Shown here: piece after piece, positions 38,628 to 46,705 of the stretch
Numbering within the stretch: the stretch's first letter is position 1
Layout: each line of letters begins with the position of its first letter
Source of the DNA: Parcubacteria bacterium RAAC4_OD1_1
GTDB lineage: Bacteria > Patescibacteriota > Minisyncoccia > Phycocordibacterales > UBA9973
Length of the DNA: 64,000 bases
Direction: 5' to 3'
Assembly (NCBI GenBank): GCA_000505065.1
Contig: AWSN01000001.1
Span: 487,772-551,771 of the forward strand
The notes under the pieces: model-generated
What the model was told of the DNA's origin: nothing
The model's input: the letters and a program-made list of their open reading frames with translations, nothing else
Databases searched by the model: none
Translations under genes and position numbers: made by a program

Positions 38628-41600
38628 ATGGAAAAAATAAATGAACCAAAATCAGCTAAACTAGAAACAGAAGATAAAGATTTAAAAAGATTTAAAGAAA
38701 AATTGTCTAAAATTCGCATAGATGAATCTTTTATTAAAGAAAGAAAAAGCCAATTGCTCACAAAAGGATACGGTGATGAAGAATCAAGAATTATATCTTC
38801 CAAAGAAGCTATGATTAAAGCAGATAACGATAGGATTGAATTATTAAAAGAATATCCTGATTTTAAAGATGGAGAAAAAAGAATAAATGAAATTTTAATA
38901 AAAAGAGACACAAACCAAAAAGAAATAAATGAGCTTTTAAAAAAAGATAAGAAAGAGGAAGAAGAAAACAAAAACATAAAATCAAACAGGCAACTACTTA
39001 GAGAGGCAGAAGATAAATTAAGAAATATGTCTGTTGATATGGGTATTATCAAAAAAGAGAAATCCGATCTTTTGGGAGAGGGGTATCCTTTTGAATTTTC
39101 TGAAAAGCTTTCTAGTCTAAATGGAGAAATAAGACTTCTTCAAAATAAAATTCAAATACTAATAGAAAATCCAAAAATAGAAAATGGAATAAAACTTAGA
39201 AAAAATCTTGAAGAAAAATTAAGTAAACTTGAAAAGGAAAGAAATATTTTATTGACTTCAAAACCAGAACCAATAAAAAACGAAACTACAAAAAATGAAG
39301 TTGTTGAAAAAAATGAGAAACCGGTAGTAGATGAATATGATGAAGCAGAAATAGATAAAGAAATAAAAAACTTTGTTCCAAAAAAAGAAGAACAAACTTC
39401 CAAGAAAATAAATTGGGGTAAACTTAATCCTTTTTCTTGGTTTAAGAAAGATAAAAAAGAAAATGATAATTCTTCGACAGAGGGGGAATTGTTGGATAAA
39501 AAGAGAATGATTTTAAGTCACACAGGGGCGGCTCCAGCTTCTTATGAGGATAAAATTGAGAATGAGGAAAAAAAAGAAGAAAACATAAATGAAATTTTAG
39601 ATAAAAAAATAAATGCGGAAAAAAATAAAGTACTTCTGAGTCACACTGGAGCTGCTCCTGCTTTTTATGAGGATAAAATTGAAGTAGGAGAAAAAAAGGA
39701 AGTTAAAAATGAAAAAAAGAAAACTTTATATACAAAAGAACAGCAAAAAGAATTTTTTGATGGTCTTAAAGAAAAATTAAAAAATGGGGAAATAAGTGAA
39801 ATAGATTTTAAAGATGCAATTTTAAAAAGAACTGAGGAAATCCATAATTTTGAAAAAGGATCTGTCTATAAAGCGATGGACAAGTGGGACAACTGGGGGA
39901 AGAATGGCGGTGTAGGTAAATATGCCAAAATGGCAATAAACATTGCTATGATTGCTGGAGTATCATCTCTTACAGTAAATGGAATGGCTGGATTAACAGA
40001 AAGAGTTGTAAGTAGAACCCTCATAGGAACGGCAGCAGGAACTGGATTAGGTGGCCTTATGACTTGGCTTGATAAATTACCCCCAGAGAAAAAATCCAAA
40101 GTTCAAAAAATTATAAAAGGTATTCTTATAGGAGGATCCGCTATCTTCACAATTGGAACAGGTGGAATAGTACCGGGATTAGCCATAGGAGCATCTACGG
40201 CTTTTGGATATGGAATATCTAGATATTATAAAAATTGGAACGAAAGAGCAATGCGTTCAGAAAATATTGAAAATTTAAAAGAAATACCTATTGATCTAGA
40301 AAATCTAGATAAAAATACTACCTTAATGGAGTTTAAAATGAAAAAAATGTTAAAGTCAGCCGATAGGACAAAAGTACTAGCAAAAATAGCTAGTGCGGGT
40401 ATGGCTATGGCTTTAAGTATTGGTACACTAGAAGTTTCTGGATTAGTTCATGATCATTTAAATGATACATCAAGTACAGAAAATGTTGATGACAATACGA
40501 ACAAAGAAAAGATTGAGGATAGTAAAAATAATGAAGTAGCCCAAGAAGCTGAAGATGAAAAAACTAATGGAGCAGAGAAAAATGATGATACTAAAGTAAA
40601 CAACGAAAAAGAAAATAATAATACCCAAACAGAAGATAATAAAAAAATAGAAGATAATAAAAAATCTTATGTGGGGGAAAAAGAAATTGGAGCTGTCGCA
40701 AATAAAGGTCAAGGTGCTATATCTACAATAAAAGAACTTAAAGAAAGTTTAGAAAAAACTTACGAAAATGTTCCAGAAAAAGATATTCCAGAAAATGTAA
40801 AACATATAATAGACACAGATGCACATGACTTAGCAAAAGAGTACGGTATGTATCGCCCAGGGGAAGAAGCAGAAAGTGCAAAAGTATTTTCTGGTGACAA
40901 AATAATTTTCGATCAAGAAACAGGTGAAGTAAAATTCCATCAAGAAAAAACCGGCGAAGATGTTGTTCTTGAAAAAGGAAAAGAGTTCGGTGGAGACATG
41001 TTTGATTCTGGGAAATTTAAGGCACCAGTGGAAAATTTAGAAACTGAAATAAAAGGAGATGAAACTTCTCAATTTGAAAAAGATTACCCACAAACATCAC
41101 CAGAAAATGAAGAATTTGAAATGGGTACAAAAACTGAAAATTCAAATATTATTATAGATGGAGAAGAGATAAAAGCTCCAGAAATTTCTGAAAAAGAATT
41201 ATTAGAAAATAAAAAGTTGGCGGAATCATACGGAGTAGATTCTGAAAGATACAGAGGTGAAACAGATAGTGAATACTTAAATAGAATGAAAGAAGAAATA
41301 GCTGAAGAAAAAGAATCTCTGAAGCAAGAACTAGCCTCAAGTGAAAAAATGAGTTTAGATAAAACTCTCAAGATGGTCCATGGAGAAAAATTAGAAATAG
41401 AAAAATTAAAAGACTTAAAAGAAATAACGAGAGGTTATGAAGGTGCAACAAATCAGTCATCACTCAAAGACATAATGGAAAAAATTAAAGAGCAAGGACT
41501 TAAAGCAATCATAACCAAAGACATAGGTGAAAATCCGACAGATGCTCAAGTCTCTATAAATGAAAAAATGCGTTTGGTTGAGAAATCACTAAGTGGACAA

Positions 41601-41681
41601 AAAGGATATAATTATGAATTTGCACAGAAGCTACCAGATGGTAATGTAAAAATATTACATATTAAATTATTTAAAGAATAA
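38628..41681 (+). CDS. Giant hypothetical protein: K/E-rich coiled coils flanking a glycine-rich multi-TM core
   Basis: 1017 aa. A duplicated peptide LSHTGAAPA(S/F)YEDKIE is followed by TM helices between about residues 430 and 600. Confidence 0.5.
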   Translation: MEKINEPKSAKLETEDKDLKRFKEKLSKIRIDESFIKERKSQLLTKGYGDEESRIISSKEAMIKADNDRIELLKEYPDFKDGEKRINEILIKRDTNQKEINELLKKDKKEEEENKNIKSNRQLLREAEDKLRNMSVDMGIIKKEKSDLLGEGYPFEFSEKLSSLNGEIRLLQNKIQILIENPKIENGIKLRKNLEEKLSKLEKERNILLTSKPEPIKNETTKNEVVEKNEKPVVDEYDEAEIDKEIKNFVPKKEEQTSKKINWGKLNPFSWFKKDKKENDNSSTEGELLDKKRMILSHTGAAPASYEDKIENEEKKEENINEILDKKINAEKNKVLLSHTGAAPAFYEDKIEVGEKKEVKNEKKKTLYTKEQQKEFFDGLKEKLKNGEISEIDFKDAILKRTEEIHNFEKGSVYKAMDKWDNWGKNGGVGKYAKMAINIAMIAGVSSLTVNGMAGLTERVVSRTLIGTAAGTGLGGLMTWLDKLPPEKKSKVQKIIKGILIGGSAIFTIGTGGIVPGLAIGASTAFGYGISRYYKNWNERAMRSENIENLKEIPIDLENLDKNTTLMEFKMKKMLKSADRTKVLAKIASAGMAMALSIGTLEVSGLVHDHLNDTSSTENVDDNTNKEKIEDSKNNEVAQEAEDEKTNGAEKNDDTKVNNEKENNNTQTEDNKKIEDNKKSYVGEKEIGAVANKGQGAISTIKELKESLEKTYENVPEKDIPENVKHIIDTDAHDLAKEYGMYRPGEEAESAKVFSGDKIIFDQETGEVKFHQEKTGEDVVLEKGKEFGGDMFDSGKFKAPVENLETEIKGDETSQFEKDYPQTSPENEEFEMGTKTENSNIIIDGEEIKAPEISEKELLENKKLAESYGVDSERYRGETDSEYLNRMKEEIAEEKESLKQELASSEKMSLDKTLKMVHGEKLEIEKLKDLKEITRGYEGATNQSSLKDIMEKIKEQGLKAIITKDIGENPTDAQVSINEKMRLVEKSLSGQKGYNYEFAQKLPDGNVKILHIKLFKE

Positions 41682-41733
41682 AAATTATTAATTAACTATT
41701 TGCTAAAGTGAAAAGCTAAAGCAAAAAAAATAT

Positions 41734-42042
41734 ATGGCAATAATGAAAAAAGATTTAATAGATATGTTTGAGTTAGACAAACTCCCAGGAGATAAAACAG
41801 AAGAAATGGTGGAACGACTTGGTAGGCTCATTTTCCAAGCAACACTTGTAAGATCAATACCACTTTTAAGTGAAGAAAACCAAAAAGAATATGAAAAATT
41901 AATTGATTCTGAAAAAGGTGGGGATGAAATGTTTAAATTCTTGCAAGAAAAAGTTCCGGGATTTGAAAATATACTAAAAGAAGAATCGGAAGCTTTAAGA
42001 CTTCAAATGTCAGAAGGTTTTAGTGAGTCTGGTTTAGAATAA
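41734..42042 (+). CDS. Hypothetical protein
   Basis: 102 aa and acidic. Confidence 0.4.
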   Translation: MAIMKKDLIDMFELDKLPGDKTEEMVERLGRLIFQATLVRSIPLLSEENQKEYEKLIDSEKGGDEMFKFLQEKVPGFENILKEESEALRLQMSEGFSESGLE

Positions 42043-42053
42043 AAAATATAAAA

Positions 42054-42088
42054 CAAAAACTCCCTCTTTAAAAGAGGGAGTTTTTGTT
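42054..42088 (+). terminator. Terminator before uvrD
   Basis: The sequence is aaaaactccctctttaaaagagggagtttttgttt. Confidence 0.65.
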
Positions 42089-42109
42089 TAAAAATGGTAA
42101 AATGATTTA

Positions 42110-44071
42110 ATGGATTATTTAGATTCCCTAAACGAAAAACAAAAAGAGGCGGTCCTTTATACAAATGGGCCTCTTTTAATTGTAGCAGGAGCCGGAGCAG
42201 GTAAAACAAAGACGATAACTCACAGAATCATTCATCTTATACACAAAGGGATAGATCCAGAAACTATTCTTGCTATTACTTTTACAAATAAGGCTGCCAA
42301 AGAAATGAAAGAAAGGGTAATGAATATGCTTGAAAAAAAAGAGCACGGGGATATTGTGGGGGATAATTTGGCACGCCCCGGATTTCGTCGGGGCGTGCCT
42401 TTCATTTCTACTTTTCACTCACTTGGAGTCTATATAATAAAAGAGAATGCTCACCTGATAGGCCTTACAAAACATTTCTCAATTATAGATGAAAGTGATG
42501 CTCTTTCTATTATAAAAAACATAATGAAAGAACGTGATATTGACCCAAAACAGCACGAGCCAAGAAAAATAAAAGGAATTATCTCTAGATCAAAAGGAGA
42601 TTTTATAGATGTAGAAGAATTTTCTAAAAATGTTGGTAACGCTATCCAAAGTATAGTAGCAATAATTTGGCGTGATTATGAGAGAGAACTAAAAAAGCAA
42701 AAAGCTTTAGACTTTGATGATCTCCTTATAGAATCTGTAAAAATTTTAAAAAACAACAAAAACATAAAAGAAAAATATCAAAACAAGTGGCGGTATCTTC
42801 ATATTGATGAATACCAAGACACAAACGAAGTTCAATACGAAATGGTTAAACTTTTAGTTGATAAAGAGAACAATCTTTGTGTAGTGGGGGACACAGATCA
42901 AAACATTTATTCTTGGCGTGGAGCAAATATAAAGAACATGCTTCATTTTGAGAAAGATTTTCCAGATGCAAAAATTGTTATGCTTGAGCAGAATTATCGC
43001 TCAACGAAAAACATAATAGAAGCCGCAAATAATGTTATTAAAAAAAATGAATACCGAGTTCCTAAAAATTTATTTACAGAAAACAAAGAAGGTGAATCTA
43101 TAAGCATCTGCGAAACATATGATGAGCTTACAGAAGCAAATCATATAGCTGAAACAATAGATATATTACTTAGAGAAGAAGAAGCCGAAAATATTGCAGT
43201 ACTTTATCGTGCAAACTTCCAATCAAGAGTTTTAGAAGAAGCAATGCTCGCAAAGCAAATTCCTTACCAGGTTTTAGGGGTAAAATTTTTTGAAAGAAAA
43301 GAAATAAAAGATTTGCTTTCATATATAAAAGCAAGTTTAAATAAAGAAAGTTTGATTGATATAAAAAGGATTATAAATGTCCCAACTCGCGGTATAGGCA
43401 AAACAACAATCACTAAACTTTTCGCAAATCAATTTACAGAAATTCCAAAAGCTACCCAAGAAAAAATAAATAATTTTTACAATCTCTTAGATAATATAAA
43501 TGAATTTATATCTACTCATAAAGTATCAGAATCCATCAAATATATAATAGAAAAAACAGGACTCGAAGAAAAATATAAACACGGATCCACAGATGAACAA
43601 GAAGATCTTGAAAATATGAAAGAGCTTGTATCTCTCGCCCTAAAATATGATGAATTAGAAGATGGAATTGAAAAGCTTCTAGAAGACGCATCACTTTCAA
43701 GCGATCAAGACACCCTAATATATGAGGAGGACAAGAAAGGGAACAAAAAGGGTGTAAGACTTATGACCGTCCATGCTTCAAAAGGACTGGAATTTAAGTA
43801 TGTCTTCATAACTGGCCTCGAACAAGATCTTTTTCCTCATATAAAAGATGGTAAAAAATCTAAAGAAGACAACGAAGAAGAAAGAAGACTTTTTTATGTT
43901 GCTATTACAAGAGCAAAACATAAGCTTTATTTATCTTATGCGACCCTTCGAACTATCTTTGGAATGAAACAAGTAAATTCTCCAAGTGAATTTATATATG
44001 ATATCCCCGAACATTTAACATCTTTTGAACAAAAATATTCCCAATCTGGCAATAGAGTAGTATATCTATAA
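42110..44071 (+). CDS. UvrD/PcrA-family ATP-dependent DNA helicase with in-frame GC-rich palindrome
   Basis: Walker A GAGAGKT, TFTNKAAKEM, and DEYQDTN motifs. The palindrome at 42370-42399 encodes ARPGFRRGVP, just before TFHSLG. Confidence 0.85.
   Translation: MDYLDSLNEKQKEAVLYTNGPLLIVAGAGAGKTKTITHRIIHLIHKGIDPETILAITFTNKAAKEMKERVMNMLEKKEHGDIVGDNLARPGFRRGVPFISTFHSLGVYIIKENAHLIGLTKHFSIIDESDALSIIKNIMKERDIDPKQHEPRKIKGIISRSKGDFIDVEEFSKNVGNAIQSIVAIIWRDYERELKKQKALDFDDLLIESVKILKNNKNIKEKYQNKWRYLHIDEYQDTNEVQYEMVKLLVDKENNLCVVGDTDQNIYSWRGANIKNMLHFEKDFPDAKIVMLEQNYRSTKNIIEAANNVIKKNEYRVPKNLFTENKEGESISICETYDELTEANHIAETIDILLREEEAENIAVLYRANFQSRVLEEAMLAKQIPYQVLGVKFFERKEIKDLLSYIKASLNKESLIDIKRIINVPTRGIGKTTITKLFANQFTEIPKATQEKINNFYNLLDNINEFISTHKVSESIKYIIEKTGLEEKYKHGSTDEQEDLENMKELVSLALKYDELEDGIEKLLEDASLSSDQDTLIYEEDKKGNKKGVRLMTVHASKGLEFKYVFITGLEQDLFPHIKDGKKSKEDNEEERRLFYVAITRAKHKLYLSYATLRTIFGMKQVNSPSEFIYDIPEHLTSFEQKYSQSGNRVVYL
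42370..42399. repeat. P4 GC-rich hairpin (ggcacgccccg-gatttcgtc-ggggcgtgcc) in frame inside uvrD
   Basis: A 10-bp perfect stem, the only such GC-rich patch in the gene. Confidence 0.7.
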
Positions 44072-44088
44072 ATTTTTTCACAAAACCT

Positions 44089-44859
44089 ACTGTCCAGGCC
44101 TTGCCTGGACAATATTTAATATATATAATAGATAATATGTCTATTAGACCTATCAAATTCGCACCAAATGAAAATTACCACATATACAATCGTGGTGTAA
44201 ATAAAATGAATATTTTTATAGATCATAATGATTATGATCGTTTTATGAAATTAATGTATGTATCAAATTCTACTACCAATAAAAAATTTACCGACATAGA
44301 AACAAGTCCAGGCAAGGCCTGGACACTAGAAAAAGATAGTGATTTGGTAGATATTGTTAGTTATTGTCTTATGCCTAATCATTTTCATTTTATTCTTAGA
44401 GAAAAAATTGAAAATGGCATAAGTATATTTATGCACAGACTCTCTACTTCTTACTCTATGTATTTTAATAAAAAATACGATCGTAATGGAGCACTTTTCC
44501 AAGGAAAATTTAAGTCAGAACATATAAATAATGACAATTATTTTAAATATCTATTTTCATATATTCACTTAAATCCAATAAAACTTATACAAAAAGACTG
44601 GAAAGAAATTGGAATAAAAAATATTGATGTAGCACAAAAATATCTTTTAAAATATCCCTATTCTAGTTTTTTGGATATAATAGAAAAAATTAACAGAATA
44701 GAGTCAAAAATAATAAATAAACTAAGTATTCCTAATTATTTTGGTTCTCCTGAAAATTTTAAAAAGGAAATTTTTGATTGGTTGATAGTTAAAATATGAA
44801 TATTAATAAAAATAAATTTAATAGTGTTAGGAATACTGTCCAGGCAAGGCCTGGACAGT
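44089..44859 (+). mobile_element. RAYT paralog 2 unit bounded by P2 palindromes
   Basis: P2 copies lie at 44089-44111, 44306-44324 (internal, encoding SPGKAWT) and 44835-44859. Confidence 0.55.
44136..44799 (+). CDS. IS200-like HuH tyrosine transposase, REP-associated (RAYT-like), paralog 2 (ORF track starts at TTG 44101)
   Basis: YHIYNRGV near the N-terminus, HuH in CLMPNHFHFIL, then YIHLNPIK and YPYSSF. P2 copies lie upstream, internally and downstream. Confidence 0.7.
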
Positions 44860-45767
44860 GGAAATATAAAGCCAAAAAGCATCTGGGGCAAAACTTTTTA
44901 AAATCTAAAGAAGCAATTAAAACTATATGTGATGCTGGAAAAGTAGAAAAAGAAGATATTATCTTGGAAATTGGCCCCGGGAAAGGGGTTCTCACTGAGG
45001 AGTTGCTAAAAAGAGGGGCAAAAATTCTAGCAATTGAAAAAGACAATGATTTAATTAATTTTTTAATAGAAAAATTTGAATCTTTTCTTCCGTCCACACC
45101 GGGTATGGACATAGATACAAAAAGGTTAAATATAATAAATGAAGATATTTTGGATTTTGATATTTCAAAATATGGACTTTTAGATAAAAAATACAAAATA
45201 ATTGCAAATATTCCATATAATATAACAGGGGCAATAATAAAGAAATTCTTAAGTGAGATCAAAAATAAGCCTATTTTAATGGCTATTTTGGTGCAAAAAG
45301 AGGTTGCGGAAAGAATTGTTGCAAAAAACAGAAAAATAAATAAGCAAAAAACAGAAGCTGTCCAGGCCTTGCCTGGACAGTCCAGGCCTTGCCTGGACAG
45401 TGGGGGGAAGGAGAGTATATTGTCATTGAGTGTGAAAGCTTATGGAGATCCTAAATATATAATGAAAGTATCAAAAAAATATTTCTCACCAGCCCCAAAA
45501 GTGGACTCCGCGATAATACTTATAGATAATATTTCCGATAAAAATTTTAAAAACAATGATGAGGAAAAAACCTTTTTTGATCTAGTTCATGCTGGATTTA
45601 GTCATAAAAGAAAATTATTTATAAAAAACATAGAAAATTTAGATTACCAAAAAGAAAAAATTAAAAAAATGTTTGAAATATTAGAAATTGATAAAAAAAT
45701 AAGAGCAGAAGATATACCTTTTTATAAATGGATAGAAATGAAAGATTTTTTAACTACAAAAAACTAG
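44796..45767 (+). CDS. rsmA: 16S rRNA (adenine1518/1519-N6)-dimethyltransferase RsmA/KsgA carrying three in-frame P2 palindromes
   Basis: LGQNFL and EIGPGKGVLT motifs. The start ATG overlaps the RAYT stop (ATGA). One P2 copy sits in the N-terminal extension (TVQARPGQW), and a tandem pair sits mid-gene (AVQALPGQSRPCLDSGG). Confidence 0.8.
   Translation: MNINKNKFNSVRNTVQARPGQWKYKAKKHLGQNFLKSKEAIKTICDAGKVEKEDIILEIGPGKGVLTEELLKRGAKILAIEKDNDLINFLIEKFESFLPSTPGMDIDTKRLNIINEDILDFDISKYGLLDKKYKIIANIPYNITGAIIKKFLSEIKNKPILMAILVQKEVAERIVAKNRKINKQKTEAVQALPGQSRPCLDSGGKESILSLSVKAYGDPKYIMKVSKKYFSPAPKVDSAIILIDNISDKNFKNNDEEKTFFDLVHAGFSHKRKLFIKNIENLDYQKEKIKKMFEILEIDKKIRAEDIPFYKWIEMKDFLTTKN
45358..45407. repeat. 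Tandem double P2 palindrome inside rsmA
   Basis: ctgtccaggccttgcctggacag is followed immediately by tccaggccttgcctggacagtgggggg. Confidence 0.9.
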
Positions 45768-45803
45768 AATTTCTTATAAAAAAGTTATATAATAAAACCA
45801 TAA

Positions 45804-46682
45804 ATGAATAAAAATTTTCTTCCAAGTAAACAATTTGTCTCAAGAGTAATTAGTCTTGTTATTATTGCTATTGTTATCTTTGGTGGATATAAACTTTTTG
45901 GAATCATAAGTAATAAAATAAAAGACAGAAGTAATAAAGAAGTGGCTGTCACTATAAAAAAATCTGTCCAAAAAGATAGTAATGATAATGATATCCCCGA
46001 TTGGGAAGAATCTCTTTGGGGTCTTAACCCAAGGAAAAATGGTGAAGAAAACAAAGAATTTATTTTGGCAAAAAGAAAATTAATGATTCAAAATATTTCA
46101 AAAGAATCAAATGAAAGCATCTCTGAAAATGATGAGCTCACAAAAGCTTTTTTTTCTGTAATTATGTCACTTCAACAAACGGGTGATTTAGATGAAACAG
46201 CAGTAAATGCAATATCAGATACATATAGTGAAAAAATAGAAGCAACTCCAATAGAAGACTCATATATTTTAAAAGATTTAAATATTGTTCCCGATACAGA
46301 AGAAAATACAACAAAATACTATACTGATATGCAAAATACTATAAATAAATATAAAGAAAGTGGCATAGGTGAAGAATTGGGATTGATAGTTCAAGCAATC
46401 GCTTATAACGATCCGCAAGTCCTATACGCGGTTCAAACAATAGCATTATCATATAGAGATTTTGGCCAAGATCTAAGAAAAATTCAAGTGCCAAGCTTTT
46501 TATCTGAAATACACTTATCTTTAATAAATAATTGTGAGAAAAATGCTGTATCACTACACGATATGACTATGCTTTTTGATGATCCAATGATTGCAATGAA
46601 GGGAATTATAAATTATAAAAAATACAACGAGATACTTTCAATTAATTTAGGATCTCTATCCTATATCTTTGGGACAGAATAA
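45804..46682 (+). CDS. Hypothetical protein with N-terminal TM anchor
   Basis: 292 aa. Confidence 0.45.
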   Translation: MNKNFLPSKQFVSRVISLVIIAIVIFGGYKLFGIISNKIKDRSNKEVAVTIKKSVQKDSNDNDIPDWEESLWGLNPRKNGEENKEFILAKRKLMIQNISKESNESISENDELTKAFFSVIMSLQQTGDLDETAVNAISDTYSEKIEATPIEDSYILKDLNIVPDTEENTTKYYTDMQNTINKYKESGIGEELGLIVQAIAYNDPQVLYAVQTIALSYRDFGQDLRKIQVPSFLSEIHLSLINNCEKNAVSLHDMTMLFDDPMIAMKGIINYKKYNEILSINLGSLSYIFGTE

Positions 46683-46705
46683 ATGATATAATAAAATGAT
46701 TTATT

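Noticed and set aside
11754-45407. CRISPR array
   Set aside because: The palindromic repeats are irregularly spaced, belong to different sequence families, and often lie inside coding regions. There are no regular repeat-spacer units anywhere in the window.
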